The notes beneath the pieces were generated by a model, which was not told where the DNA came from, did not search any database, and saw only the letters and a list, made by a program, of their open reading frames with translations. Shown here piece by piece: positions 19,393 through 31,099 of a stretch of 64,000 bases of DNA. The translations under genes were made by a program, and so were the position numbers. Position 1 is the first letter of the stretch, and each line of letters opens with the position of its first letter. Source of the stretch: an uncultured Chloroflexia bacterium (GTDB lineage Bacteria; Chloroflexota; Limnocylindria; Limnocylindrales; CSP1-4); NCBI GenBank assembly GCA_963783135.1, contig CAWAMH010000007.1, positions 1,044,672 through 1,108,671 of the forward strand, written 5' to 3'.

Positions 19393-19603
19393 GGGTCTAG
19401 CGGGCCTCAGGATGCGCGGTGGGCAGCGGCGGCCGTTCGGCGGCGCGCGTCACCGTTCGATGGTACGCGCCGCGTCCCGGGCGGCGCAAACGCGCGGCGG
19501 ATGGTGGCGGACCACCGCGCGGGAGGCCGCCACCGGCCCGATGCTATGCTGCCAACCTGGCCCCTCGACGGGTCGGACAGCGCGATGGAGGTCTGGCAGG
19601 CGG

Positions 19604-20254
19604 ATGCAGCCCCTCGGCGCCGTCGTCCTTGTCGGTCTGGCGTATCTGGCCGGTTCGATCCCGTTCGGGGTCATCGTCGCTCGTCTCGCCGGCGCCCCGG
19701 ATCCACGCACGACCGGGTCGGGTCGGACCGGCGGCACGAACGCCCTCCGGGCGATGGGCCGCAAGCTGGCGGCGATCGTCGTGCTCGGCGACCTGGCCAA
19801 GGGCGCGGTCCCCGTCCTCGTGGCTCGCTGGGTGTCCGGCGGCGACCCCGCCCTCGAGGCGGCCTGCGGCGTCGCGGCGGTCATCGGTTCGGCTCGCTCG
19901 ATCTTCCTCGGCTTCCACGGCGGGCGCGGCGTCGCGACCGGCGTCGGGACGATGCTCGTCATCCAGCCACTGGCCGTGATCCTGGCGGCGCCGGTGTTCA
20001 TCGTGGTGATCCTCGTGACCCGCTACGTCTCGCTTGGGTCACTGCTCGGGTCGGCGGCGATGATCCCGGCCGTCGCGCTCGTGTTCCTCGTCCTCACCGG
20101 GACCGTCCCGCCGGCCTACCTGATCTACGCCGTCGTCGGCGTCGGTGTCGTCTGGCTGGCCCACGCCGACAACATCGATCGGTTGCTCCATGGCACGGAG
20201 CGGAAGTTCGACCTCGGGCTGCTGAGCGGCGGAGGCGGCGGCGGCGCCGGCTGA
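19604..20254 (+). CDS. plsY: Glycerol-3-phosphate 1-O-acyltransferase
   Basis: YLAGSIPFG, GSGRTGGTN, DLAKG, FHGGRGVAT, RYVSLGS, HADNIDRL..GTE. Confidence 0.93.
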   Translation: MQPLGAVVLVGLAYLAGSIPFGVIVARLAGAPDPRTTGSGRTGGTNALRAMGRKLAAIVVLGDLAKGAVPVLVARWVSGGDPALEAACGVAAVIGSARSIFLGFHGGRGVATGVGTMLVIQPLAVILAAPVFIVVILVTRYVSLGSLLGSAAMIPAVALVFLVLTGTVPPAYLIYAVVGVGVVWLAHADNIDRLLHGTERKFDLGLLSGGGGGGAG

Positions 20255-20286
20255 CGAGCTCGGGGCGCGGCCGGGCTAGCTGCGGC

Positions 20287-20817
20287 TCATCCCCACGGCT
20301 TGCCGAAGTTGTCCGGCTCTGGCTCGGCGTCCTGCCAGACGTAGGTCTGGACCCCGTCGACCATCGGCCCCTCGACGCTCACTCGGTTGGCCAGCTTCGT
20401 GGCCTGGCGTTGGCGAGCGGAGATCTGTCTGGCCGCTTGGTGTCGAGCCAAGGCGTAGGTCGGGACCATCAGCGCAAGAACCAGTGGACCAACGAAGCCA
20501 TAGGCGTACAGCGTGGCGAGCGCAGGGCCACCAGCCCAGTCAGGGGCGTAGACCACGGCCAGCCCGGTGACAAAGGCAACGACTCCCGCCACGACCGCGC
20601 CAAAGCCGACCCAGGTCTTCTCAGCTACACGACCGGCGACATATCCGACAACGGCGATCCCGGCTATCCCGATGAATGGGGATAGCAGCCAGCCTGACGT
20701 GTAGACGCCTGGACGGCTTGGCGAGATGGCCGTGATCGTCACGCTCACCAGCCCGAGTCCGGCGAGCGTGACCAGAAATGGTGGAACGACACGGGCTACT
20801 GCGGATGTCGAGGTCAC
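20287..20817 (-). CDS. Hypothetical membrane protein
   Basis: 176-aa ORF with four hydrophobic segments; lower GC than flanks; no recognised motif. Confidence 0.5.
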   Translation of the reverse strand: MTSTSAVARVVPPFLVTLAGLGLVSVTITAISPSRPGVYTSGWLLSPFIGIAGIAVVGYVAGRVAEKTWVGFGAVVAGVVAFVTGLAVVYAPDWAGGPALATLYAYGFVGPLVLALMVPTYALARHQAARQISARQRQATKLANRVSVEGPMVDGVQTYVWQDAEPEPDNFGKPWG

Positions 20818-21112
20818 GCGGGGCTCCAGTCGGAAGGACGATGCGGCTTCGTTGGGTCGGCGCGCCCAAGCGACGCGGCGGTCGCCACGATGTTACGGCT
20901 GGGCCGTTGCCCATGGCTCTGAAGGCGCGAGCGACGTGGCGAATCGAGCTAACGGGCTTCTTCTCGCAAGCTTGGCCACGTCCCTGGTCGTCAGGCAGCT
21001 CGGTGACGCACACCGGACAGGGGTACGGGCCCGACCGCTCCGGGAATCGAACGACCCGGTCCGAACATGTCGGGCCGGGTCGATCCGCGATCGTCAGGGA
21101 CGAGCGACGGCG

Positions 21113-21496
21113 TCAGCCGCCGCGCATGCTCCGGAAGCAGTCGCTGCAGTAGACGGGCTTGCCGCTGGTCGGGCGGAACGGGACCTGGGCCTCGCGGCCG
21201 CAGTTGCTGCAGGTCGCGGTGAACATCTCACGGGGACCGCGGTCGCGCGACCCGTAGCTGCTGCCGCCACTGTAGCCGCCACCGGCACCACCGGCGCTGT
21301 ACGAGCCACCGGCGCCGTAGCCACCGGAGCTGTAGCCACCGGACTCGGCGTTACGAGCCGCCTTGCGGCTGGCCCGACAGCTCGGGCAGCGGCGGGGCTC
21401 GGTGAAATTGCGCTGTGCGTAGAAATCCTGCTCGCTGGCAGTGAAGACGAACTCCTGCCCGCAATCGGCGCAGGTCAGGTTCTTGTCGTTGTACAC
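21113..21496 (-). CDS. Zinc-ribbon / CxxC-x17-CxxC domain protein with Gly-rich linker
   Basis: DKNLTCADCG.EFVFTASEQ.FY...PRRCPSCR and REMF.ATCSNCG....VPFRP...PVYCSDCF. Confidence 0.9.
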   Translation of the reverse strand: MYNDKNLTCADCGQEFVFTASEQDFYAQRNFTEPRRCPSCRASRKAARNAESGGYSSGGYGAGGSYSAGGAGGGYSGGSSYGSRDRGPREMFTATCSNCGREAQVPFRPTSGKPVYCSDCFRSMRGG

Positions 21497-21682
21497 CGAA
21501 TCGAAAACTCCTCTGTGTAGCCGCGCGATCCTTCTGTTTCTCGCGTCAGCCGTGAGAGGAGTCGGTCGTCGAGCTACGTGCTCTGGTCACGGCCCAGCCG
21601 TGACGTTTGATCGTCGGAGTGTAGGCCCTCATTCCGGGGCTGTACAGGGGGGAAAATCGTCGGGTCTGCGAGGCCCTCCGCC

Positions 21683-23194
21683 TCAGCTCCCGGGCTCGAC
21701 CCAGCGGAGCGACCGCTCGACGGCCCGATGCCAGCCGTGGACCAGGCCCGCTCGGCGATCCGGGTCCATCGCCGGCTCGAACCGTCGATCGACCGTGCGG
21801 GTGGCCGCGAAGGCCCCGGCGTCCGGCCAGATGCCGACGGCCAGCCCGGCCAGCCCGGCCGCCCCGAGCGCGGTCGTCTCGGCGTGGACCGGGCGTTCGA
21901 CCGGCACGTCGAGGAGGTCCGCCTGGAACTGACACAGGCGATCGTTGCGCGCCGCGCCGCCGTCCACGCGGAGGACGTCGAGGACGATGCCCGAGTCCGA
22001 CGCCATCGCGGCCACGACGTCGGCGACCTGGTAGGCCATCGCGTCGATCGCCGCCCGGGCGATCTCGGCCAGACCGGTGCCGCGAGTGATCCCGATGAGC
22101 GTGCCCCGCGCGTAGGCATCCCAATAGGGCGCCCCGAGCCCGACGAACGCCGGCACGAGGTACACCCCGCCGGTGTCGGTCACCTGGTCGGCAAGGGCGG
22201 CGATCTCGGCCGCGTCGCGGCCCGCCTTCAGCCCGTCGCGGAGCCACTGGACCGCGGCGCCTGCGACGAACGCCGAGCCCTCGAGCGCGTACGTCGTCGT
22301 CGCGGTGTCGTCGCCGAGTCGCCAACCGACCGTCGAGAGCAACCCGTTCGCGGACGTCACCGGCCGGTCGCCGGTGTTCATCAGCAGGAAGGCGCCGGTC
22401 CCGTAGGTCGCCTTCGTGGCCCCCGGTTCGAGACAGGCCTGACCGAATGTCGCCGCTTGCTGGTCGCCGGCGCAGCCACCGATCTGGATCGACCGGCCGA
22501 ACAGCCCCGGGTCGGTCTCGCCGTAGACCTCCGACGACGAGCGGACCTGAGGCAGCATCGACGGCGGGACGCCGACGATCGCGCACAGCTCCTCGTCCCA
22601 GGCGAGCCGGTGGATGTCGAACAGCAGCGTCCGGCTCGCGTTCGAGACGTCCGTCGCGTGGACCCGCCCGCCGGTCAGCCGCCAGATCAGGAACGTGTCC
22701 ACGGTGCCGAAGGCGAGCTCGCCGCGTTCAGCTCGGGCGCGCAGGCCGGGGCCGCGGTCGAGGATCTCGGCGATCTTCGGGCCGCTGAAGTAGGCGTCGA
22801 TCGGCAGGCCGGTCCGTTCCCGGAACCGCGCCTCGTGGCCGGCCGCCCGGAGCTCGTCGCAGCGGCCGGCGGTCACCCGGCTCTGCCAGACGATCGCATT
22901 CGCCACAGGGCGTCCGGTGGCACGCTCCCAGACGATCGTCGTCTCGCGCTGGTTCGCGATGCCGATGGCGGCGATGTCGTCCGGCTCGGTGCCGGACTCG
23001 GCGAGGACCCGACGCGCCGTCGCGAGCTGGGTCGACCAGATCGCCTCCGGATCGTGCTCGACCTCGGCCGGCGCCGGAAAGATCTGGGGCAGCTCCTCGG
23101 AGGCGGACGCCAGGAAGGCGCCGGCCGGGTCGACGAGGACGGCTCGCGACGAGGTCGTGCCCTGGTCGAGGGCCAGGACCAGCGAGCGGCTCAC
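21683..23194 (-). CDS. glpK: Glycerol kinase
   Basis: [48 protein letters not shown]. Confidence 0.95.
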   Translation of the reverse strand: MSRSLVLALDQGTTSSRAVLVDPAGAFLASASEELPQIFPAPAEVEHDPEAIWSTQLATARRVLAESGTEPDDIAAIGIANQRETTIVWERATGRPVANAIVWQSRVTAGRCDELRAAGHEARFRERTGLPIDAYFSGPKIAEILDRGPGLRARAERGELAFGTVDTFLIWRLTGGRVHATDVSNASRTLLFDIHRLAWDEELCAIVGVPPSMLPQVRSSSEVYGETDPGLFGRSIQIGGCAGDQQAATFGQACLEPGATKATYGTGAFLLMNTGDRPVTSANGLLSTVGWRLGDDTATTTYALEGSAFVAGAAVQWLRDGLKAGRDAAEIAALADQVTDTGGVYLVPAFVGLGAPYWDAYARGTLIGITRGTGLAEIARAAIDAMAYQVADVVAAMASDSGIVLDVLRVDGGAARNDRLCQFQADLLDVPVERPVHAETTALGAAGLAGLAVGIWPDAGAFAATRTVDRRFEPAMDPDRRAGLVHGWHRAVERSLRWVEPGS

Positions 23195-23219
23195 GAGCCC
23201 GCGCGGATCACGACCGGAC

Positions 23220-24944
23220 TCACGGCCCAGCGATGGCCGGCGCCGGTTCGTCGAGCGGGTCGGATGGTACGGCGTGAGCCTCGGCCGCGACCGGCGCGGT
23301 CGGCGAGGCCACGGCCGACGGCACGTCGTACTCGCGATGTGCGGACGCCAGGTAGGCCTCGACCGCCGCGGCCCGGTCCGCGTCCGTCCAGTCGAGCTCC
23401 GACGCCATCAGCTCGGCCACCCGACCGACGATCGACGCGCCGCGATCGGGCAGGTCCTGGGCCAGCCGGGTCCGACGGGCGAGCACGTCGTCGAGCGAGA
23501 GCGCCGCCTCGGCCCGGACGGCGCGGACCACCTCGACTTCCAGGTGCGCGATGTCGGGTCCGAGCGGCCGGAGCAGATCGAGCTCGCGACCTAGCGCGAC
23601 GACGTCGGCCGCCTCGGTACCGTGACGGGCGACCAGGCGCTGGGCCCGGGCGGCGTCCAGCCCGGTCTCGGCGGCGATCGCGCTCGCCAGGGCCTCGAGC
23701 TCCGTCGTCGACGCGGCGCCGACCAGCGGCAGCTCATCCGTCCGCGACGGGCGTGCCCGGGCGACATCGCGACCGAGCGCCGCGTCGACGGTCTGGGCCG
23801 CCATCAGCCGGTACGTCGTGTACTTCCCGCCGCCGATCCGGACGAGCCCGTTCGGATCGACCCGGATCCGATGCTCGCGGGAGGCCTTGACCGTGGACCC
23901 CGGCGTCCCGCCCGGATCCGTCGCGAGCGGCCGCAGCCCGGTGTAGGCGCCGACGAGGTCCGACCGGCCGAGGTCGATGTCGAGCGTCGCGTTGACGTTG
24001 TCGAGGATCGCATCGACCTCGGCGCTCGTCGGCACCGGCCGGTCGACCGGTCCGTCGTCGTCGAGATCGGTCGTCCCGATCACCCAGCGATCCGGTGTCG
24101 GGACGAGGAAGCAGACCCGGCCCGGGACGCGGAGCGTCAAGCCGAAGGCGCTCGGGATGCGGTCGCGCCGGACGATGAGGTGGGTCCCGCGGCTCGGCCG
24201 GACGACCGGCCCTGGCCCGACGACCGGGAACGGCCCGTCCGCTCGACCGGACCACACCCCGGTCGCGTCGACGACCCGTTCGGCGTGGATGTCGAAGGCG
24301 TCCCCGGTCAGCTCGTCGCGGGCCGCCACGCCGACGATGCGCCCATCCCGCTGGAGCTCGCCGATCGCGCTGACCCGAGTCATCGGCAGCGCGGACTCGG
24401 CCCGGGCCGTGCGGGCGACGGCGAGCGTGTAGCGCGCGTCGTCCTCCTGGCCGTCGTGGTAGACGAACGCGCCGCGGAGCTGGTCGCGCCGTAGGACGGG
24501 CGTCGCCTCGAGCGCCTCGTCGACCGACAGGTGACGGTGCCAGCCGCCGTCGGACGCGGCGCCGAGGAGGTCGTACAGCGTCAACCCGGCGTCGTAGAAC
24601 GGCCGGGTCAGCGGACCGCCGTAGAGTGGGAACGCGAACGGCTCGATCGTGACGAGGTGCGGGGCCAGGCGAAGCAGCCGGCGCCGCTCGGCCAACGCCT
24701 CGCGGACGAGCCCGATCCGGAACTGCTCGAGATAGCGCAGCCCGCCGTGGATCAGGCGCGATGATCGGCCGCTGGTCCCGACGGCGTGGTCCTCACGCTC
24801 GACCAGCGCCGCGCGCAGGCCACGACTGGCGGCGTCGAGCAGGATCCCGGCGCCGGTGATGCCGCCGCCCACGACGAGCAGGTCCCAGCGCTCGGCGGCG
24901 AGCGTCGCCAGGTCCTCCCGGCGGGCATCGAGGACCGCGCTCAT
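23220..24944 (-). CDS. glpD: FAD-dependent glycerol-3-phosphate dehydrogenase
   Basis: [43 protein letters not shown]. Confidence 0.92.
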   Translation of the reverse strand: MSAVLDARREDLATLAAERWDLLVVGGGITGAGILLDAASRGLRAALVEREDHAVGTSGRSSRLIHGGLRYLEQFRIGLVREALAERRRLLRLAPHLVTIEPFAFPLYGGPLTRPFYDAGLTLYDLLGAASDGGWHRHLSVDEALEATPVLRRDQLRGAFVYHDGQEDDARYTLAVARTARAESALPMTRVSAIGELQRDGRIVGVAARDELTGDAFDIHAERVVDATGVWSGRADGPFPVVGPGPVVRPSRGTHLIVRRDRIPSAFGLTLRVPGRVCFLVPTPDRWVIGTTDLDDDGPVDRPVPTSAEVDAILDNVNATLDIDLGRSDLVGAYTGLRPLATDPGGTPGSTVKASREHRIRVDPNGLVRIGGGKYTTYRLMAAQTVDAALGRDVARARPSRTDELPLVGAASTTELEALASAIAAETGLDAARAQRLVARHGTEAADVVALGRELDLLRPLGPDIAHLEVEVVRAVRAEAALSLDDVLARRTRLAQDLPDRGASIVGRVAELMASELDWTDADRAAAVEAYLASAHREYDVPSAVASPTAPVAAEAHAVPSDPLDEPAPAIAGP

Positions 24945-25159
24945 CGGTCCGGCGGGCGGCGCACGAGACGGACGAGGACGAGTGCGGTCCCGACGACGAG
25001 GACGCCGATCAGGAGCGGGGTCCGGAAGACGAACCGCTGGACGTCGGCCGGCAGCAGGCTCGTCCCGAACGCGAGCCCCAGGACGATCCCGACGACGGCG
25101 GCTGCCACCAGGATGACCTCGCGCCAGCCGACGGCGGCACGTTCAGCCACGATCCGCAT
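24941..25159 (-). CDS. Small membrane protein
   Basis: 72 aa, two TM helices, overlaps both neighbours in the operon. Confidence 0.6.
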   Translation of the reverse strand: MRIVAERAAVGWREVILVAAAVVGIVLGLAFGTSLLPADVQRFVFRTPLLIGVLVVGTALVLVRLVRRPPDR

Positions 25160-25943
25160 CCGGCGGGATCCCGATCGGGGCGACGAGCACGCGACCGGCG
25201 AGCGCGGCGCCGCGCTTCGTCAGCAGCCCGGTCTTCGGCCGGTGGAAGGTGACGGTGAGGTCGGCCCGGACCGCCGGATCGGACGGTTCGCCGCTCGTCA
25301 GGTCGACCGCGGTCGGCGTATCGACGGCGACGACCGGGACACCGGCCTCGCGGGCGCGGCGGATGAGCTCGACGGCGGATCGGATCGGCTCGCGCAGCGC
25401 GCCCCGGACCCCGGTACCGAGCAGCGCATCGACCACGATGCCGGCCTTCTCGACCCCCTGGGCCAGGATCGCCAGGTCGCGCGCGACACCGGCGTGGATC
25501 CGGGTCACGGTCGGCTCGCCGGCGAGCCGATCCCAGTTCTTCGCGGCATCCGCGGTCGTGGGTCGCTCCTCGGTCGCCACGAGCACGGCGACGACCGGCA
25601 GCCCGAGCCTGGCCAGGCGCCGTGCGGCCACGAGCCCGTCGCCGCCGTTGTTGCCGGGGCCGCACAGGACGAGGATGGGTCCGGCCGTGAGGCGACCCTG
25701 ATCGTCGGCGACCGCCCGGGTCGCGGCCGCGACGGCCGTCCCGGCATGCTCCATCAGCCGGGCGCCGGGCACGCCGAGCGCCTGGGCCTTGCGATCGGCG
25801 CCGGTCATCGCCGCGGCGCCGATCGGCGCCCGATCCTTCGTCGCGGACCACCGCTTCACGAGCTCGCGCAGCCCGGCCGACATCAACGTCGGGTCGTCGG
25901 CCGGGAGCGGCTCGGCTGCGGATCGCTCGATCGTCGCGTTCAC
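25143..25943 (-). CDS. nnrE: NAD(P)H-hydrate epimerase (YjeF N-terminal domain)
   Basis: LMEHAG, CGPGNNGGDG, VDALLGTG, AVDTPT, ADLTVTF; GTG start 6 nt after TACGCT. Confidence 0.88.
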   Translation of the reverse strand: MNATIERSAAEPLPADDPTLMSAGLRELVKRWSATKDRAPIGAAAMTGADRKAQALGVPGARLMEHAGTAVAAATRAVADDQGRLTAGPILVLCGPGNNGGDGLVAARRLARLGLPVVAVLVATEERPTTADAAKNWDRLAGEPTVTRIHAGVARDLAILAQGVEKAGIVVDALLGTGVRGALREPIRSAVELIRRAREAGVPVVAVDTPTAVDLTSGEPSDPAVRADLTVTFHRPKTGLLTKRGAALAGRVLVAPIGIPPDADRG

Positions 25944-25977
25944 GACCCCAGCGTAGCCCAGTCGCCGGCGACCCGGA

Positions 25978-26919
25978 TCAGGCCGTCGGCAGCCGCGCGT
26001 GCAGGGGATCGACGCCGGGTGCGATCTCGAGCAGCCCCTCGGCCGCCATCGCCGCGACGGCGGCCGCGACCGCCTCGGGCGGGTGGTCACCCAGGGCAGC
26101 GTCGAGGGTGACCCAGGTCCGGTCCGGCGCATCCCGAAGGCGGTCGAGGATGCGGCCGCGGAGCCAGCGCGACGTCCCCTCGAACGGGGCGGGTCGCTCG
26201 CGGGCGAGCCCGACGCGGCGCGTCCGTGGCGTGGCCCGGGGCCCGACCGCGCCCGCTGCGAACCGGCACATCCTCGCGATCGGGCAGACGTCGCAGCGCG
26301 GCGCCCGGGGTCGACAGACCGTCGAACCGAGGTCCATCAGCGCGGCGGTCCAGTCCGCCGGACGGTCGACCGCCACGAGGTCGTCGGCCAGCCGCTGGAG
26401 CTCGGACGCCGGGAGTCCAGCCACGTCGCCGGCCATCGCCCGACCGAGGACCCGCCGGACGTTCGTGTCGACCGCTCCGACCGGCCGGCCGAACGCGATC
26501 GCGGCGACCGCCCGAGCGGTGTACGGACCGACGCCCGGCAGCCGTTCGAGGTCCTCGACCTCGCTCGGGAAGCGGCCGTCGAGCTCGTCGACGACGATCC
26601 TCGCTGCCCGCTGGAGGTTGAGCGCCCGGCGGTTGTAGCCGAGTCCCCGCCAGGCGCGCAGGACATCGCCCGGCGAGGCTGCGGCCAGCGTCTGGACCGT
26701 CGGGAACCGCTCGACGAACGCCTCCCACGCCGGCCCGCCGCGGGCGACCTGGGTCTGCTGCAGGATCGTCTCGGAGACGAGCACCCGGTAGGGGTCCGTG
26801 GTCCCTCGGAACGGGAAGTGGCGGCCCTCGCGGTCGAACCAATCCAGGACGGCGGCGCGGATCGCCGCGGCATCGGTCGGTGTCAGGGCCACCGGCGCCG
26901 ACGGCGCGCCGCGGCTCAT
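25978..26919 (-). CDS. mutY: A/G-specific adenine glycosylase
   Basis: VSETILQQTQV, WRGLGYNRRA, LPGVGPYTA HhH, VDTNVRRV, CRPRAPRCDVCPI...C Fe-S motif. Confidence 0.9.
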   Translation of the reverse strand: MSRGAPSAPVALTPTDAAAIRAAVLDWFDREGRHFPFRGTTDPYRVLVSETILQQTQVARGGPAWEAFVERFPTVQTLAAASPGDVLRAWRGLGYNRRALNLQRAARIVVDELDGRFPSEVEDLERLPGVGPYTARAVAAIAFGRPVGAVDTNVRRVLGRAMAGDVAGLPASELQRLADDLVAVDRPADWTAALMDLGSTVCRPRAPRCDVCPIARMCRFAAGAVGPRATPRTRRVGLARERPAPFEGTSRWLRGRILDRLRDAPDRTWVTLDAALGDHPPEAVAAAVAAMAAEGLLEIAPGVDPLHARLPTA

Positions 26920-28380
26920 CGTCCGACCTCGCTCGCCGATCCGTTCTCGCCCGGGCGGCGACCAAGGAGCCTCGCCATCCCGGCGTGCGGGGCGTAGAGC
27001 CAGTCCGGCAGGTACGTCGCCGCGTAGACGAACTCGTCGCACTCCTTGGCGACGGCAAGACCGTCGAGCAGTCGCTCGTCGACCGCATCGGCCGTGCCCG
27101 CCCGCCGGCGAGCGGTCGCATACGTCCGCACGAACCGCTCGCGCGACCGTCTGCGCCAGGCGTCGATGTCAAGGCCGGCATGGTCGCCGGGCTGCCATCC
27201 ACGGGCCCTCGCCCGGCGCTCCGCGGTGCTCGACACGTGGTCGAACGACAGGAGCAGGCTGGCCAGGTCGCGCATCGCCGGAGCGAGCTGGCGACGCTCC
27301 TCGACCGGCCGCATGGGTTCGCCCTCGAAGTCGACGAGGACGAACCCGTCCGGCGTCCGGAGGATCTGGCCGAGGTGGAGGTCGCCGTGGATCCGGGTGA
27401 GGAGCGGCGGCTCGTCCAGCGCCTCGAGCCGGGCCAGACGGTCGTGGATGTCCGACGTCCAGGCCCGCAGGTCGGGTCCGACCGTCGGGTCGTCGGCCAG
27501 CGCGGTGTTCGCCGCTGCCAGACGCGCCTCGCCGACCGCCCGCCAGGCGCGCAGATCCTCCGGCCCGGCGCGACGTGGCGCGAAGGCCTCGACGTCGCCC
27601 GGATCGGCCAGAGCCGCGTGGAGCTCGGCCAGGACCTCGCCGAGCCCGGCGGCGTCCTCCGTGGCGTATTCGAGCGCCACCGCACCCGGGGCGACGATCC
27701 AGTCGGTGAGCCGCTCGGCGGTGGTCTCGAACGCGTCTTCCGCATCCGGGATGAGCTCCTGGAGCAGGGCCACCGTCGCGACCGTGCCGTCGCGACCGAC
27801 GTATTCGGCCGAGCCGGCCAGCGCCGGGACGAGCCGGAGTCCGCGCTCCTCGGCCAGGAAGGCGGTCAGCTCGAGGTCCGGGTTCAACCCGGCCGCGACC
27901 CGGCGATACGCCTTCAGGAGGAGCCGCTCGCCGAGGACCGTCGACGTGTTCGACTGGTCGGCACGGAGCGCCCGCTCGCCCCACGTCGCCATCTCGCGCG
28001 CCCCACCGGGCGCGAACGCCGGCAATGCCAGGCCCGGTCGGCAGACGAGCGCCCCTCCCCCGTCGCTGGCGAGCACCCGGCCATCGGCGATCGCGAGGGC
28101 GAGGGCGCGCCAGACCCCATCGCCCGGAAGGGCCTGCCGAGCATCACCGGCCGGGTCCCCGACGATGAACGGGACGAGGTAGCGATCGGTCCCACCCGCT
28201 CGATCGACGACCTCGACGAACGCCAGGATCGCGGCCACGGCGGCATCCGGGTCCGCGTCGGGCGAGGTCGGTCGCACGGACCCGAGGTCGATCGAGTCGA
28301 GCAGGCGGACCGCGCTCGACCCCGCGGGCCTTCCCGCCGTACCAGCGCTGTCGGTCGAACAGGTCGACCGACAGCGCCGC
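26916..28380 (-). CDS. Maltokinase-like phosphotransferase; N-terminus frameshifted near 28320, start uncertain
   Basis: DQSNTS, LLKAYR, RIHGDLHLGQ, VDFEGEP, RDLASLL; N-cap motif QRWYGGKAR at 28324-28350 lies in another frame. Confidence 0.8.
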
Positions 28381-28394
28381 CGCGACCCGTTCGT

Positions 28395-29849
28395 TCAGGA
28401 CTTGATCATCACGTGCTTGACGACCGTGTAGTCCTCGATCGCGTACATCGACTGGTCCTTGCCGTAGCCGGACTCCTTGAAGCCGCCGTGGGGCATCTCG
28501 GACGCGAGCGTGAAGTGGTCGTTGATCCAGACCGTCCCGAACTGGATCGCCTTGGCCACCCGGAGCGCCTTGCCGATGTCCCTCGTCCAGACCGACCCGG
28601 CCAGCCCGAACCGGACGTCGTTCGCCCAGGCGATCGCCTGGTCCTCGTCCTTGAAGTGCTGGACCGTGACGACCGGACCGAACACCTCGTCCTGGACGAT
28701 CTCGCTGTCCTGGGCCGGTCCGGCGATGACCGTCGGCTCGAAATACGAGCCGGGTCGATCCGGCCGGTGACCACCGGCGACGATCGCGGCCCCGCCGGCG
28801 CCGCGGTCGGCCCGCTGGACCATCCCCTCGACCTTGTCGGCCTGGGCGCCGGCGATGAGCGAGCCCATCTCGATGTCGTCGCCCTCGGCGGGGTCACCCC
28901 ACTTGATCGTCTTGACCTGGCCGGCGAGATCGGCGACGAACCGCTCGTAGACCTTCGGGCCGGTGATGACCCGGCACGGCGCGGTGCAGTCCTGACCGGC
29001 GTTCCAGTACGAGAACACCTTGAGGTTCTCGATCACGGCGTCGAGATCGGCGTCGTCGAAGACGATGACCGGCGCCTTGCCACCGAGCTCGAGGTGGAGC
29101 CGCTTGACCATGTCGGCGGCGGTCCGGGCGATGTGCTTGCCGGTCTCCGTGTCGCCGGTGACCGAGATCATCCCGACCTTCGGATGGGCGACGAGCGCAT
29201 CGCCGATCGCGGCGCCGGTCCCGGTGATGACGTTGAGGACGCCGGCGGGCAGGATGTCGGCCGCGATCTCGCCCAGGATCAGGGCGGTCAGCGGGGTCCT
29301 CGCCGACGGCTTGAGGACGACGGTGTTGCCGGCCATGAGCGCCGGCCCGATCTTCCAGCCGGCCATCATGATCGGGTAGTTCCATGGTGCGATCGAGGCG
29401 ACCACCCCGACCGGCTCGCGCCGGATGAGGCTCGTGTGATCGGCCAGGTACTCATTGGCGGCCTTGCCCTCGAGGACGCGACCGGCGCCGGCGAAGAAGC
29501 GCAGGTTGTCGACGACGACCGGGACCTCGTCGATCGCCGCACCGACCGGCTTGCCGGCGTTCTTCGACTCGACCCGGCCGATCTCGTCGGCGCGGGCCTC
29601 GATCGCATCGGCCAGCTTGAGCATGAGCAGGCTGCGATCCTGGGGCGTGGTGTTCTTCCAGCTCTCGAACGCCGTCGCGGCCGCCTTGGCAGCGCGGTCG
29701 ACATCCTCGGGGCCGGACGCCTGGACGTGGGCGATGACCTCGCCGTTCGCCGGGTTCTCGACCGCCAACGTCTGACCGCTGGCACTGTCGACCCAGGCGC
29801 CGTCGATGAATTGCTGGTGGGTCTTGACGCGCTCGAGGGTGTCGGTCAT
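28395..29849 (-). CDS. Aldehyde dehydrogenase (gamma-aminobutyraldehyde dehydrogenase-like)
   Basis: PWNYP, LKPS, LELGGKAP, NAGQDCTA, EVFGPV, PHGGFKESGYGKD. Confidence 0.92.
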   Translation of the reverse strand: MTDTLERVKTHQQFIDGAWVDSASGQTLAVENPANGEVIAHVQASGPEDVDRAAKAAATAFESWKNTTPQDRSLLMLKLADAIEARADEIGRVESKNAGKPVGAAIDEVPVVVDNLRFFAGAGRVLEGKAANEYLADHTSLIRREPVGVVASIAPWNYPIMMAGWKIGPALMAGNTVVLKPSARTPLTALILGEIAADILPAGVLNVITGTGAAIGDALVAHPKVGMISVTGDTETGKHIARTAADMVKRLHLELGGKAPVIVFDDADLDAVIENLKVFSYWNAGQDCTAPCRVITGPKVYERFVADLAGQVKTIKWGDPAEGDDIEMGSLIAGAQADKVEGMVQRADRGAGGAAIVAGGHRPDRPGSYFEPTVIAGPAQDSEIVQDEVFGPVVTVQHFKDEDQAIAWANDVRFGLAGSVWTRDIGKALRVAKAIQFGTVWINDHFTLASEMPHGGFKESGYGKDQSMYAIEDYTVVKHVMIKS

Positions 29850-29932
29850 CGGACTGCCTCCTGGTGTCGGGGTCATGCAGACGATTCAGGCGTCGTGGGA
29901 CCTGAATTGTGCGCTCCCGGGGGAAGCGCGTC

Positions 29933-31096
29933 TCAGCCTGCGGGCTACCCGTTCCGACGCTGCTCGGCGAGGGCGGCCAGCTCAGTGGTCGAGGCCTCGG
30001 CCAGCGCCAGTCGGACACGGCTCGAGCGAGCCGGCGTCCATCGACAGCTCGTCGACTCCCGAGTCCGACGAGGACACGGGCTCCTTCGACGGTCCCGGCG
30101 ATCTCACCGCAGACGGCGACCGGGATCGACCCGCCATGGGCCGCCTCGATGACGCGTCCGATCGCCCGAAGGACCGCCGGATGGAGCGCATCGCGGTAGG
30201 CGCCCAACGCGGGATTGGTGCGGTCCGCGGCGAACAGGTACTGGGTGAGGTCGTTCGTGCCGATGCTCATGAAGGCGACCCGCCGAGCCAGCTCGTCGGC
30301 CAGCCAGATCGCGGATGGGACCTCGACCATGATCCCCGGGACAAGGGCCTCGGCCGCCAGCCGATCGCCGCCGCCGAGCGTCAGGGCCGCCTCGGCGCGC
30401 AGGCCGTCGAAGACGTCGACGTCCTCGAGCGTCGCGACCATCGGCGCCATGACGTGGGGAGCGGTCCCGGTCGCCGCCGCAGCGCGGGCGATCGCCCGGA
30501 TCTGACTCACGAGCAGCTCGGGACGTTCCGCCGCGAGCCGGATCGCGCGCACGCCCAGGAACGGATTGGCTTCAGCCGGCAACCCGAGGTATGGCACCTC
30601 CTTGTCGCCGCCGATGTCGGCCAATCGGATCACGACGGGGCGATGCGGCCGAACGCAGCCAGGATCGCTTGGTACGCCCGGGCCTGCTCGTCCTCGGTCG
30701 GCGGCCGGAGCGGCCGAGGAACAGGAACTCGGTCCGGAACAGCCCGACACCCTCGGCACCGGCAGCCAGCGCGCGATCGACCTCACCCGGCCCGCCCAGG
30801 TTCGCGGCCAACCGGATCGGCCGGCCGTCGCGCGTCGCGCCAGGGCGTCCGCGGAGGGTGGCGGCCGACCGGTCGACGGCCGCCTCGTCGGCCGTTCGCC
30901 GTTCGAGCGCGTCCTGACGGCCCGCGGCACGGAGACCGTCGGCCAGGGCAGTGAGTTGATCGGCGGCGATCGCCGACGCCTCATCGAGCCCGACCCGGCC
31001 CGACGTCCCGTTGTCGTCTGTCGCGTCCGGCGATCGGTAGATCCAGGCCGGACCCAGCGCCGTCCCCGGCGCCGCCGGCAGACCGCGGAGACGCAC
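29933..31096 (-). pseudogene. ptsI: PTS enzyme I, degraded: His domain deleted, multiple frameshifts
   Basis: GVGLFRTEFLFL, DIGGDK, EANPFLGVRAIR, MVEVPSA, SIGTNDLTQY, CGE and VDELSM spread over different frames; TSH phospho-His region absent. Confidence 0.82.
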
Positions 31097-31099
31097 CGA

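Noticed and set aside
20830-21100. Lower-GC stretch with an LTTRDVAKLA fragment resembling an excisionase HTH
   Set aside because: Too short, no start or RBS, and no accompanying integrase.
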